Shown: positions 43,147 through 53,276, counted from the stretch's first letter. The stretch: 64,000 nucleotides of DNA from Sulfitobacter sp. (GCA_029252045.1 JAQXCD010000004.1:5675-69674), one strand, 5' to 3'. Translations and numbers: made by a program. Notes: generated by a model not told the origin, from the letters alone.

Positions 43147-44405
43147 CCCTGCAAACGCACCGCCTCTCGAACGGCTTTCGCATCGTAACAGAATCCATGC
43201 CGGGCCTTGCCTCTGCCTCCATCGGGGTATGGGTCGGCGCGGGGGGACGTCACGAGACGCCTGAACAAAACGGCATTGCCCATTTTCTGGAGCATATGGC
43301 CTTTAAGGGCACCAAGACCCGCACCGCCCTGCAAATCGCCGAGGCGATTGAGGATGTGGGCGGCTATATCAACGCCTATACCTCGCGCGAAGTGACGGCC
43401 TATTACGTCCGCGTGCTGGAAAACGATGTGCCGCTGGGATTGGAAGTCATTGCCGATATTCTGCGCAATCCGCTGATGGATGATGCAGAGATCGAGGTCG
43501 AGCGCGGTGTGATCCTGCAAGAGATCGGGCAGGCACTGGATACACCCGACGACGTCATTTTTGACTGGCTGCAAGAGCAGGCCTTCCCGAACCAGCCGAT
43601 GGGCCGCAGCATCCTCGGCCCTGTCGAGCGGGTATCGAACTTCAACCGTCAGGACCTTTCCGGCTTCATTGACCAGCATTACGGCCCCGAGCAGATGATC
43701 CTGTCGGCGGCAGGCGCTGTGGACCACGATTCATTGGTGGCGATGGCGGAAAAGCTGTTTGGCGACATGACGCCAAAGCCTGCGATGATAGCAGCGCCCG
43801 CCTTGTTTGCGGGCGGAGAGCATCGCCAGAACAAGGTATTGGAACAGGCGCATTTTGCACTTGGTTTCGAGAGCCCCGGCTACCGCGCTGACGACATCTA
43901 TGTGGCGCAAATCTACGCGTCCGCACTTGGTGGCGGCATGTCGAGCCGTTTGTTCCAAGAGGTCCGTGAAAACCGCGGCCTTTGCTATACCATCTTTGCA
44001 CAAGCAGGTGCCTATGCCGACACGGGCATGATGACCGTCTACGCGGGGACATCGGGCGAGCAGTTGCCGGAACTGGCAACCATCACAATCGACGAGATGA
44101 AGCGGGCAGCATCTGACATGTCCCCCGCCGAAGTGGCGCGCGCGCGCGCGCAGATGAAGGCCGGTTTGCTGATGGGTCTGGAATCACCCTCCAACCGTGC
44201 CGAGCGTCTGGCGCGGCTGATCCAGATTTGGGACCGTATTCCAGATCTGGAAGAAACGATTGCCCAGATTGATGCGGTTACAACCGGTGATGTGCGCGAC
44301 TTTGCTGAACGGATGGCGGTCACCGCTCCGGCTGCGATGGCCCTATACGGTCCCGTCGAAGAGGCGCCGACACTGGAAGCACTTGAGGCAAGGCGCGCTG
44401 CATAA
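43143..44405 (+). CDS. M16-family peptidase
   Basis: HFLEHMAFKGT inverted zinc motif. Confidence 0.93.
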   Translation: MTLQTHRLSNGFRIVTESMPGLASASIGVWVGAGGRHETPEQNGIAHFLEHMAFKGTKTRTALQIAEAIEDVGGYINAYTSREVTAYYVRVLENDVPLGLEVIADILRNPLMDDAEIEVERGVILQEIGQALDTPDDVIFDWLQEQAFPNQPMGRSILGPVERVSNFNRQDLSGFIDQHYGPEQMILSAAGAVDHDSLVAMAEKLFGDMTPKPAMIAAPALFAGGEHRQNKVLEQAHFALGFESPGYRADDIYVAQIYASALGGGMSSRLFQEVRENRGLCYTIFAQAGAYADTGMMTVYAGTSGEQLPELATITIDEMKRAASDMSPAEVARARAQMKAGLLMGLESPSNRAERLARLIQIWDRIPDLEETIAQIDAVTTGDVRDFAERMAVTAPAAMALYGPVEEAPTLEALEARRAA

Positions 44406-44989
44406 TGCTGCTGTCACGGCGTCGACTGAAACTCGAGACCGAGCGCATGACCCTGCGCTCGCCGATCCATTCCGACTACCGCCCATGGGTCGCCCTGCGC
44501 AGTGCGAGCCGCGAGTTCCTGACCCCTTGGGAGCCTGAATGGGCGGCTGACCACCTGAGCCGCAAAGCATTTTCGAACCGTGTTTACTGGGCCAACCGCT
44601 CGATCAATGCGGGTACCGCGTTGCCGCTGTTTCTGGTGCGCCGGTCGGACCAGATGTTGTTGGGGGCGATCACGCTGGATAACATCCGGCGCGGTCCTGC
44701 GCTGGCGGGGACGTTGGGCTATTGGACCGGCGAGACCTTTGCCCGACGTGGCTATATGCGCGAAGCCATCGAGACGGTGGTGCATTACGCGTTCAACCAT
44801 CTTGACCTGAGCAGGATCGAGGCGGCCTGCCTGCCGGAGAACGCGCCATCGCGCGGCTTGCTGGAGCGGTCTGGTTTCAAATACGAAGGCGTCGCCCAGA
44901 GCTATTTGCAAATTGACGGGCGCTGGCGGACCCATGTGCTCTATGCGTCACTGCGAAATGACAGGCGGGGTAAGACGAACGCCAGTTGA
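44405..44989 (+). CDS. RimJ-like GNAT N-acetyltransferase
   Basis: FLTPWEP, GTLGYW, RGYMREA and WRTHVLY motifs. Confidence 0.88.
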   Translation: MLLSRRRLKLETERMTLRSPIHSDYRPWVALRSASREFLTPWEPEWAADHLSRKAFSNRVYWANRSINAGTALPLFLVRRSDQMLLGAITLDNIRRGPALAGTLGYWTGETFARRGYMREAIETVVHYAFNHLDLSRIEAACLPENAPSRGLLERSGFKYEGVAQSYLQIDGRWRTHVLYASLRNDRRGKTNAS

Positions 44990-45050
44990 TAGTGTCGCGG
45001 CGATAGCCTTAGCGCTTGCATCCGGTGCAGGCGCATTAGATCATCTGGTT

Positions 45051-46472
45051 ATGACACATCCCCTGAACCCCGCCGATGCCATCTTTGCCGAAAAACTGCG
45101 TTCAGCGCTGCCTGATGGCACGGTGTTCGATGCAACGGCCCGTTATCTGGAGGAGCCGCGCGGTCTCTACGCGGGGCGCTCCGCTGTTGTGGTCAAGCCG
45201 CGTAAGGTTGAAGAGGTCGCAACTCTGATCCGATTGGCAGGAGAGGCGCGCGTCGGGGTTATCCCTTATGGGGGGGGCACCGGTCTGGTCGGCGGGCAAG
45301 TTGCCTCCGAGGGACCGGCCCCGCTGATCCTGTCGATGGAGCGTATGACAGCTGTGCGTGCGGTTTATCCGGACGAGAATGTGATGGTCGTCGAGGCAGG
45401 GGTTATTCTGGAGGATGTCCAACGTGCGGCCGAGGATGCAGACCGCCTGTTTCCGCTGTCACTGGCGGCGCAGGGAACAGCGCGGATCGGTGGCAATCTG
45501 GGCACTAATGCAGGCGGCACGGGTGTGCTACGTTACGGCAATACACGCGATCTCTGTCTGGGCCTTGAGGCTGTTTTGCCGGATGGGCAGATATGGCACG
45601 GGCTGACGCGGTTGCGCAAAAACAATACCGGATATGATTTGCGTCACCTTCTGATCGGTGCTGAAGGCACATTAGGGGTGATCACGGCAGCGGCTCTCAA
45701 ACTGTTTGCGCGGCCGGCCCAGACGGGAACGGCTTTGCTGGTTGTCGACAGCCCTGCTGCGGCGCTCAAACTGCTGAGCATGGCGCGCAGCCAGTTCGGG
45801 GAGATGGTCAGCGCGTTCGAGTTGATCCACCGCCAGGGTTTTGACTTTCTGACCGAGAAAATGCCGGAGGTGCGTCAGCCCTTTGCCACCCCGCTGGAAT
45901 GGTCTGTCCTGATCGAGTTGGGTCTGGCAGCGGATATGGACCCGCAAGAGGGGCTTGAGAGGTTGTTCGGCGATGCAGCCGAGGCGGGGCTGGTGCATGA
46001 CGGTTTGATCGCGCAGTCCAGTGGACAAGCGGCTGATTTCTGGACCATCCGTGAGAGTATCCCCGAGGGGAACCGCCGTGTCGGATCCGTATCGAGCCAT
46101 GATATTTCGGTGCCTCTGGGGGCAATACCCGAATTCATCATACGCGCGGGTGAGCAATTGGCCGCGATGGGAGATTTCCGGATCAACTGTTTTGGTCACG
46201 TCGGTGACGGCAACCTTCACTATAACGTCTTTCCGCAGGTTGGCCGAACGCGGGCGGATCATGAAAACCAGCGTGATGCGATCAAGGCATGTATCCATGA
46301 TCTGACGCATGAGTTGGGGGGATCGATCTCGGCCGAGCACGGGATCGGGCGGCTGAAAGTGGGAGACCTTGAGAAATACGGTGATCCGGCAAAGTTGTCC
46401 GCGATGCGGGCGATCAAGGCGGCGCTGGATCCGCTTGGGATTATGAATCCGGGTGCTGTGTTGCGGCAGTGA
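45051..46472 (+). CDS. FAD-binding oxidoreductase (D-2-hydroxyacid dehydrogenase family)
   Basis: PYGGGTGLVGGQ, IGGNLGTN, GAEGTLG, GHVGDGNLHYN and SAEHGIG motifs. Confidence 0.9.
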   Translation: MTHPLNPADAIFAEKLRSALPDGTVFDATARYLEEPRGLYAGRSAVVVKPRKVEEVATLIRLAGEARVGVIPYGGGTGLVGGQVASEGPAPLILSMERMTAVRAVYPDENVMVVEAGVILEDVQRAAEDADRLFPLSLAAQGTARIGGNLGTNAGGTGVLRYGNTRDLCLGLEAVLPDGQIWHGLTRLRKNNTGYDLRHLLIGAEGTLGVITAAALKLFARPAQTGTALLVVDSPAAALKLLSMARSQFGEMVSAFELIHRQGFDFLTEKMPEVRQPFATPLEWSVLIELGLAADMDPQEGLERLFGDAAEAGLVHDGLIAQSSGQAADFWTIRESIPEGNRRVGSVSSHDISVPLGAIPEFIIRAGEQLAAMGDFRINCFGHVGDGNLHYNVFPQVGRTRADHENQRDAIKACIHDLTHELGGSISAEHGIGRLKVGDLEKYGDPAKLSAMRAIKAALDPLGIMNPGAVLRQ

Positions 46473-46535
46473 GGGGGCCAGCCCCCATCGGGCTAAAGCC
46501 CGATCCCCCCGGAGGATTTATGGCCAAATAAGATA
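46473..46535. repeat. Short palindromic REP-like intergenic element
   Basis: Two adjacent perfect hairpins, GGGGGC-CA-GCCCCC and ATCGGGCT-AA-AGCCCGAT, followed by CCCCCGGAGGATTTATGGCCAA. Confidence 0.6.
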
Positions 46536-46539
46536 GGCT

Positions 46540-47070
46540 CTAGTGGCCGTCGAATTCACATAGGACCTGTACGTCCATACCCATGGCTTCCAGACGCTTG
46601 CGGCCGCCCAAGGCGGGCAGGTCAATGATGAAGGAGGTCGAGATGATTTCGGCGCCCAGACGTTCCAGCAGTTTGATGCCCGCCTCGGCGGTGCCGCCTG
46701 TGGCCAGCAGATCATCCACGACTAGGACTTTTTCGCCGGCTTTGACGGCGTCATCGTGGATTTCCATTGTCGCTTCACCGTATTCCAGTGTGTAGTCCTG
46801 CGAGAGGGTTTTACCCGGCAGTTTGCCTTTCTTGCGGATCGGCACAAAGCCTACGCTGAGTTGGTGAGCGATGGCGCCGCCCATGATAAAGCCGCGTGCT
46901 TCAAGCCCTACGACTTTGTCGATGCGCAGGCCTGCATAGGGGTGCAGCATCTGGTCGATGGCCATGCGAAACCCGCGCGGATCCGCGAAGAGTGTTGTTA
47001 CATCGCGGAACATGATCCCTTTGTGGGGGAAATCTGGAATGGTGCGGATATAGTCTGCGACGGTTTTCAT
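46540..47070 (-). CDS. apt: Adenine phosphoribosyltransferase
   Basis: [28 protein letters not shown] and [10 protein letters not shown] motifs. Confidence 0.96.
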   Translation of the reverse strand: MKTVADYIRTIPDFPHKGIMFRDVTTLFADPRGFRMAIDQMLHPYAGLRIDKVVGLEARGFIMGGAIAHQLSVGFVPIRKKGKLPGKTLSQDYTLEYGEATMEIHDDAVKAGEKVLVVDDLLATGGTAEAGIKLLERLGAEIISTSFIIDLPALGGRKRLEAMGMDVQVLCEFDGH

Positions 47071-47696
47071 GCTGTGCCTCTGCGGAGTGTTGCGGTCAAT
47101 ATGCCCATGCCGATCAATGCGCCGCCGCCTGCGCGGGTGATCCAGGTGATGATGTTTGGCTGCGCGATGACGCGGCGCAAACGGTCTGCCGCCAGTGCAT
47201 AGGCGAAGGCATTGAGGGCGGCAAGGGTGACGAAAGTGGTGATGAGGATGGCAAACTGCGGCACTAGCGGTGTGTTTGGCTGGATGAACTGCGGCACAAA
47301 GGCGATGAAAAACGCTATGCTTTTGGGGTTGAGTGCTGTGACGGCGGCGGTATGGCCAAACACGCGGGATGCGGTGATGCTATCTGTGGCGGGCAATTGG
47401 AGGCCAGAGGTGGGGGCCGAGCGGACCAGTTTTATGCCGAGGTAGATCAGGTAGGCAGCACCGACCCACTTGAGCGCAGTGAAGAGTGTGGCCGAGGCCA
47501 GCACCAGTGCGCCTAGCCCGAGCAGGGAGGCTGTCATTGCGATCAGGTCCCCCAATGCGACACCCGCGGCAGAGGCCACAGCGACAGAACGGCCTTTGGA
47601 CAGGGCATAACTGAGAACCAGAAGCACAGTGGGGCCGGGGATCAACAGCAAAGCGATCGAGGCGGCGGCGAAGGTCAGCCAGAGGTCAAAGGGCAT
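47067..47696 (-). CDS. LysE/RhtB-family translocator
   Basis: [15 protein letters not shown] and LNPKSIAFF motifs. Confidence 0.9.
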   Translation of the reverse strand: MPFDLWLTFAAASIALLLIPGPTVLLVLSYALSKGRSVAVASAAGVALGDLIAMTASLLGLGALVLASATLFTALKWVGAAYLIYLGIKLVRSAPTSGLQLPATDSITASRVFGHTAAVTALNPKSIAFFIAFVPQFIQPNTPLVPQFAILITTFVTLAALNAFAYALAADRLRRVIAQPNIITWITRAGGGALIGMGILTATLRRGTA

Positions 47697-47726
47697 GGAG
47701 AGTGCTTTCGCTTTTGGGAAGGGGCC

Positions 47727-48374
47727 CTAGTCGGGTGGGTAATGGCGGATCAGTGCCATCTTGTCCTGTACCCCCAAGGTTTTCAAGCTGTTGTCAGCGT
47801 TTTGCGACAGGATCGAGCGGGTGAGGTAATGGGGGTTCTGAATATCGGTGATCAGACCCAAAGCTTGGGTGATTTCCTCCAGCATGACAGATTCGTATTG
47901 CCGCAGGGTGATCGTGTTGGAAAAGCCAATGACGGCGCCGGTGATTGTGCTGCCCGTGACATCCAGTGCGGTGATGGCGTTTGCCATGGTCTTGCCTTTG
48001 AGAAGATCGGGGGCAGGGATCACATTGCCGCGCGGCACGTCCAGCAAGTGAATTGCGATATCCGGATTTCCCTCGTCCGGGACCAGCGTCAGACCCATGC
48101 CGGCTGCATTGAGCCGTTGCACGGCGCGCACTGCGGCGGCTTCCGCGCGTTTAAGCTTACCGCCGAGAAACGAGGGCGCGCGTTCGACAATACCGACGGT
48201 GAGGGTTGTTTTGCGCCATCTGTAGAAGGGTTTGGTGCAAGGGCCGTCCGGTGGTGCTGCACAGGCCACAAGACGGTAGAACCCCCTATCATCCAGCGGG
48301 CCGTTACTGTCCACAAAGTCCTGTGCTTGCGCTGTCCCTGCCGCACAGGCCAGCGCAAGGAGCAGACGGTTCAG
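47727..48374 (-). CDS. DUF2927-like exported protein; start codon non-canonical (CTG) or lost
   Basis: The frame extends to a CTG overlapping the mtnP stop, giving the signal peptide NRLLLALACAAGTAQA. Contains EEITQALGL. Confidence 0.6.
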   Translation of the reverse strand: MNRLLLALACAAGTAQAQDFVDSNGPLDDRGFYRLVACAAPPDGPCTKPFYRWRKTTLTVGIVERAPSFLGGKLKRAEAAAVRAVQRLNAAGMGLTLVPDEGNPDIAIHLLDVPRGNVIPAPDLLKGKTMANAITALDVTGSTITGAVIGFSNTITLRQYESVMLEEITQALGLITDIQNPHYLTRSILSQNADNSLKTLGVQDKMALIRHYPPD

Positions 48375-49243
48375 AGAACACGCCCTGCGATGGCATCCAG
48401 CTTGGCGATCACGGCTGGGTCGCGTGCTTCGGGGCTGGTCATAATTGCGTATTCCAATGCGCGGTCGCAGCCGTGCGGGCAGGGGGCGCGGTCTGCGCCA
48501 AGCAGGCTGGGCAGTTGTGCCACGAGGTTGCAGGCGTTGGCTGCATTGCCTTGTAATCTTTTGATAATTTCAGTGACATCGACTTCGCCGTGATCGGGGT
48601 GCCAGCTGTCATAATCTGTGATCATCGCGACGGAAGCATAGCACAGCTCGGCCTCGCGGGCGAGTTTTGCTTCGGGCATGTTGGTCATGCCGATCACATC
48701 CGCACCCCAGCTGTTGCGGTACATTTTGCTCTCGGCCAGTGTGGAAAACTGGGGGCCTTCCATGGCGAGGTAGGTGCCGCCACGGTGGACGGTGACGCCG
48801 GTGGCTTTTGCGGCAGTTTCACAGGCATCAGACAGGCGCGGGCAGGTGGGGTGGGCGACGCTGACGTGGGCCACGCACCCTGTGCCAAAGAAGGATTTCT
48901 CGCGCGCGAAAGTCCGGTCAATGAATTGATCTACAATGACAAAATCCCCCGGCGCCATTTCCTCGCGGAAGGAGCCGCAGGCGGAGACGGAGATGACATC
49001 GGTGCAGCCCAACCGCTTGAGCGCGTCGATGTTTGCACGGTAGGGAACGGTGGTGGGAGAATGCACATGCCCGCGCCCGTGACGCGGCAGGAACGCCATT
49101 TCGACACCGCCCAGTGACCCCGTCAGGATCGCATCGGAAGGCGCGCCCCATGGCGTCTTTACGGTTGTCCATTGCGCCCCCTCCAGCCCGTCGATGTCAT
49201 AGATGCCGGAGCCGCCGATGACGGCGATTTTGGTGTTGGTCAT
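48371..49243 (-). CDS. mtnP: S-methyl-5'-thioadenosine phosphorylase
   Basis: IGGSG, FLPRHGRGH, EGPQFST..ES, GMTNMPE and TDYDSW motifs. Confidence 0.93.
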   Translation of the reverse strand: MTNTKIAVIGGSGIYDIDGLEGAQWTTVKTPWGAPSDAILTGSLGGVEMAFLPRHGRGHVHSPTTVPYRANIDALKRLGCTDVISVSACGSFREEMAPGDFVIVDQFIDRTFAREKSFFGTGCVAHVSVAHPTCPRLSDACETAAKATGVTVHRGGTYLAMEGPQFSTLAESKMYRNSWGADVIGMTNMPEAKLAREAELCYASVAMITDYDSWHPDHGEVDVTEIIKRLQGNAANACNLVAQLPSLLGADRAPCPHGCDRALEYAIMTSPEARDPAVIAKLDAIAGRVL

Positions 49244-49324
49244 GGTGTATCCTCAGATCGATTTTGGCGATGGTGGCGCGGGGCAAAGGTTAATGCAACC
49301 GAACAAATAGTGAGAATTCGGGGG

Positions 49325-49372
49325 GTACCACGCGTACACCCCCTGTGCACCCTGCGTACACCAGCCGGTGTA
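49325..49372. repeat. About 11-bp-phased GT(A/G)CACC repeats with a terminal hairpin
   Basis: GCGTACACC at 49332 and 49354, GTGCACC at 49345, then TACACC-agcc-GGTGTA. Confidence 0.5.
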
Positions 49373-49418
49373 TGGGCTGGCGGTGAGAGTCAGGTCATCA
49401 ACTTGGCCGGTAAAGGCG

Positions 49419-50571
49419 CTAAGCCGTCCCTAGCAAATCTCGGGCGATGCGTTCAAAGATGGCACTTCCGATGGGGATCAAGTCATCGGGGAAATCGTAG
49501 TCCGGATTGTGTAGCGCGGCATAGTCTTCGCCCGGTCCCAAGCATAGCATTGCAGCTTTGGCACTCCATCCAAACACGCCGAAATCTTCTGACGCGCGCA
49601 TGGGAACACCTGCATCACCGTAAGGGACGTCGATTGCTTCCATAGCTTTTGTCGCCACGGCATGAGCGTCTGGATCATTGATTGAGGCCGCAAAGTTATC
49701 GCACACCTCAAAATCCACACTAAGGCCGAATTACTCTGCGGCTGTGACGGCAAGAGTGCGGGCCATGGTTTCGAGATGTTCCATGCCTTCGTCACCTGTT
49801 GTCCGCAAAGTGGCAAAGATTTCGGCTTCTCCCGGTGCCACGCCAAATGATGGCTCGCCAATCTTTACATGGGTAATCGTCACCAGTCTGAAATTTGCAT
49901 CAAGTGATCCGCCTTGCCCGAGAGCATCCAGCGCGGGGATCAGCTCGGCAACAGCCTGTGCCGGAGAAATGCCATCTTCGGGATCAGCTGCATGGGCCGT
50001 TTTGCCGCCAAGCTTGATCTTGAGCCCCAATGAAGCACAGTTGATTAGTCCAGCGCAGGTAGAGACGTGTCCGAAAGGCCGTCCGGGTAGGATATGAATG
50101 GCAAACGCCCAGTCTGCCTGAATTTCTTGATAAGCAGGATCGGCAACAACAGCTTTCGCGCCGCTGCCGTCCTCTTCTGCGGGCTGGAACATGAGAATGA
50201 CACGCCCACATGCGACAGGTTGGCGGGATATCATGCGCCCCAAGGCGAGCAGCATTGTCATGTGGCCGTCATGGCCGCAAACGTGGCTTTTTCCGTTTGT
50301 CAGCGACGACCACGCGATGTCGTTACGTTCCTCAATCGGCAGTCCGTCAAGCTCGGCACGAAAGAGGACCGTTGGACCGTCTTTGCCGGTGTCAAAAACC
50401 GCAGCCACGCCATGGCCACCTAACCCGGTCAGGATGCGCGTTGGTGACATAGGTTTAAGCGCCGTGACAATTTTGCGGGGGGGTTTCGACTTCTTCGCCG
50501 GACAATTCTGGATAGCGGTGCAGTTCACGGCGGAATTCGGTGAGTTCCATCTAGTCAAGATTTGTTAGCAT
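49419..50571 (-). pseudogene. M20 amidohydrolase pseudogene
   Basis: RRELH..PELSGEE, FRAELDGL, CGHDGH, QPAEE and SEDFG motifs are present, but with TAG at codon 7 (50551-50553), a +1 frameshift in G7 (50477-50483) and an in-frame TAA (49731-49733). Confidence 0.88.
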
Positions 50572-50872
50572 GTGTTACCCTGCTTTCGAAGTCGGTTCCG
50601 CGGATCATTCCACTGGTAAACCAGAACTTGGAACATTCTCCAAGCACCTTACGATAAAACGGGACTATTGATGTTTTGCATGACCGTCATTTGTCCAAGT
50701 ATTTGTAAGGGCACGAAAGGCCCGCACATCCGCCATTGGTGGAAAGGGTGTGTCGGTCTTGCCTTGGCACACATGTGCAGCGTTTGCACTTGAGGGGCAA
50801 GTTTGTTAGGGCAGCGGCAAGGTGCGTATGCACAACCCAGCCCTCAGACCCAGATGACAGGAGGCCCACACC

Positions 50873-52540
50873 GTGCGCGCCACATTTCGTAGTTTTACCA
50901 AGACCCTAACGCCCAAAGACGTGACTGATCTGCGTTGGATGGGGGAGAACGGCTTTTCGGTCAGCCGGATGCGGATTGAATTGCTGTCGGGGCTGACCGT
51001 CGCACTGGCGTTGGTGCCCGAAGCGGTGGCCTTTGCCTTTGTAGCGGGGGTGCATCCGCTGGTTGGGCTTTATGCGGCGTTTCTGGTGGGTTTGATCACG
51101 GCGCTGATCGGGGGCCGTCCGGGCATGATCTCGGGGGCGACAGGGGCGCTGGCGGTGGTGATGGTGGCTTTGGTCGCTCAACACGGCGTTGAATATCTGT
51201 TTGCGACCGTGGTTCTGATGGGGCTTTTGCAGATTTTTGCAGGGGTCATGCAATTGGGCAAGTTCATACGGCTGGTGCCACATCCGGTGATGTTGGGCTT
51301 TGTGAATGGCCTCGCGATTGTGATTTTTCTGGCGCAGATGGGGCAGTTCAAGGTGCCCGGATCGATGGTGGATACAGGCCATGGCATGGGCGGCGGTGAG
51401 TGGTTGTCGGGGATGCCTTTGGCGTTGATGCTGATGCTGGTCGCGGCAACGATGGCGATTATCTGGGTGATGCCGCGCATCACGAAACTGATCCCTGCAC
51501 CGCTGGCGGGTATTGGTATTGTGGCGGCTGTAGTGATCTTCACCGGCATGGATGTGCCGCGTGTGGGGGATCTGGCGTCGATTCAGGGCGGTTTGCCCAG
51601 CTTCCACAATCCGTTTGGCACGGGCATGGGGCTTTATGGCACGGCGCTGGCGCCGATGAATATGGAAACCCTTTATATTATTGCACCTTACGCGGTGATC
51701 CTGGCGGCAATTGGTCTGATTGAATCGCTGCTGACGCTGAACCTTGTGGGCGATATGACCAACACGCGCGGTGGTGCCAGCCAGGAATGTGTGGCGCAGG
51801 GTGTGGCCAATACGGTGACCGGATTTTTCGGCGGCATGGGTGGCTGTGCGATGATCGGCCAATCGATGATCAACGTGAAATCAGGGGGGCGCACGCGGGT
51901 CGCAGGCATTGCGGCGGCTGTGTTCTTGTTGCTGTTTATCGTTGTTGCCTCGCCTCTGATCGAGCTGATCCCGCTGGCCGCGCTGGTGGGGGTGATGTTC
52001 ATGGTAGTGATCGGCACGTTTGCGTGGAACAGCCTCACCATCCTGCGCAAGGTGCCGTTGACGGATGCCTTTGTCATCCTGCTGGTGACGGTTGTGACGG
52101 TCTACAAGGACCTTGCGGTGGCCGTTGTCGTGGGGGTGATTGTTAGCGCGCTGGCCTACGCGTGGAACAATGCGCGCCGCATCCATGCCAAGACCTATGT
52201 GACACCCGAAGGGGCCAAAGTGTACCAGCTGCAGGGGCCGCTGTTCTTCGGCTCTGCCGCCGGCTTTGTGGAGCTGTTCGACATCCACAATGACCCGGAT
52301 GTTGTTGTGGTAGATTTCAATGACAGCCGCGTTGTGGACCAATCCGCGCTGCAAGCGATTGAAGCGATTGCAGGCAAATACGAGGACGCGGGCAAGCGAA
52401 TCGAGCTGCGCCATCTGACCCGTGATTGCCATGCCTTGCTGACCAAAGCGGGTCACCTGATGATCGACAGCGACGATGATCCTGACTACCAGATTGCGGT
52501 GGATTATCAGGTGCGCACGGGGGTTCTGGGCGGACACTAA
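50873..52540 (+). CDS. SulP-family anion transporter with C-terminal STAS domain
   Basis: GGRPGMISGATG, GGMGGCAMIGQS and GPLFFGS motifs; AGGAGG ribosome binding site with GTG start. Confidence 0.92.
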   Translation: MRATFRSFTKTLTPKDVTDLRWMGENGFSVSRMRIELLSGLTVALALVPEAVAFAFVAGVHPLVGLYAAFLVGLITALIGGRPGMISGATGALAVVMVALVAQHGVEYLFATVVLMGLLQIFAGVMQLGKFIRLVPHPVMLGFVNGLAIVIFLAQMGQFKVPGSMVDTGHGMGGGEWLSGMPLALMLMLVAATMAIIWVMPRITKLIPAPLAGIGIVAAVVIFTGMDVPRVGDLASIQGGLPSFHNPFGTGMGLYGTALAPMNMETLYIIAPYAVILAAIGLIESLLTLNLVGDMTNTRGGASQECVAQGVANTVTGFFGGMGGCAMIGQSMINVKSGGRTRVAGIAAAVFLLLFIVVASPLIELIPLAALVGVMFMVVIGTFAWNSLTILRKVPLTDAFVILLVTVVTVYKDLAVAVVVGVIVSALAYAWNNARRIHAKTYVTPEGAKVYQLQGPLFFGSAAGFVELFDIHNDPDVVVVDFNDSRVVDQSALQAIEAIAGKYEDAGKRIELRHLTRDCHALLTKAGHLMIDSDDDPDYQIAVDYQVRTGVLGGH

Positions 52541-52652
52541 CGCCGTTGTCTAATTCGTCGTTCGGAAGACTCGACAAACCGGTATGATCTTGCTAATGGC
52601 GGGGTTCCTGCAAATCATTGCAACTCTTTTCTAGAAAGGTGGTGAAAACCAC

Positions 52653-52853
52653 ATGCAGGTTAGTGTTCGTGACAACAATGTCGATCAGGCGCTTCGTGCC
52701 CTGAAAAAGAAACTGCAACGCGAAGGCGTTTTTCGTGAAATGAAGCTTAAGCAACATTTCGAGAAACCGTCCGAGAAAAAAGCGCGTAATAAAGCAGAAG
52801 CAATCCGTCGTTCGCGTAAATTGGCGCGTAAGAAGTTGGAGCGCGAAGGGTAA
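52653..52853 (+). CDS. rpsU: 30S ribosomal protein S21
   Basis: [25 protein letters not shown]...FEKPSEKK. Confidence 0.96.
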   Translation: MQVSVRDNNVDQALRALKKKLQREGVFREMKLKQHFEKPSEKKARNKAEAIRRSRKLARKKLEREG

Positions 52854-52883
52854 GAACTTTACTCTTTTCTTTGACACGATTTC

Positions 52884-52924
52884 GAAACCCCCGTGGCCTT
52901 CTGGCGGCGGGGGTTTTGTTTTGG
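52884..52924 (+). terminator. Intrinsic terminator after rpsU
   Basis: AAACCCCCG...CGGGGGTTTT stem followed by GTTTTGG. Confidence 0.7.
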
Positions 52925-53276
52925 GGCGCAGTGGACGGTTGTAATGTCGATTGCATTGATGCGGCGTATTTTTGCATTCGTCTTAAAGGGCGGCGTCGCG
53001 GAGTACTGCCTCAAAGCTAATCGGTTTTGCCCCAAACCGGACCTTTAGAGCGGATTGGGGTAGAGGTCTGCAATGCGGACAAAGCGGCCCTTGACACCCG
53101 AGGGACAAACGGCTGCTTTCATAAGTTACATCCGCACCGAGAAATGAAGATGGCAATAAGTGACCAAACTCTACTTGAGGCAAAATTTGATCTATGCTGT
53201 GCAAGCGCAACCTAGAGCCATTCTTTCAAGTGCTTTACATAGCTGCAAATGATTACGCCCCCCCTGAATGCTGCCT

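Noticed and set aside
17266-50553. Amber (TAG) recoding or readthrough explaining four in-frame TAGs (MOSC, LytTR, oxidoreductase, amidohydrolase)
   Set aside because: TAG is the normal stop of intact genes here (prmA, tolB, MATE). The interrupted positions appear to correspond to different residues, a TAA and frameshifts also occur, and no suppressor tRNA or pyl genes are seen. Nonsense mutation is the simpler explanation.
50572-50872. Short ORF 50687-50869 or a gene remnant upstream of SulP
   Set aside because: It has no recognisable motif or ribosome binding site, so it cannot be supported as coding.
52653-52853. S21 ends at REG, about 2 aa shorter than many homologues
   Set aside because: S21 C-termini vary. 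The gene has a good ribosome binding site and terminator, so there is no evidence of damage.
53027-53276. Short ORFs at the left edge of the islet
   Set aside because: They overlap the repeat-like border sequence and have no motifs; treated as non-coding.
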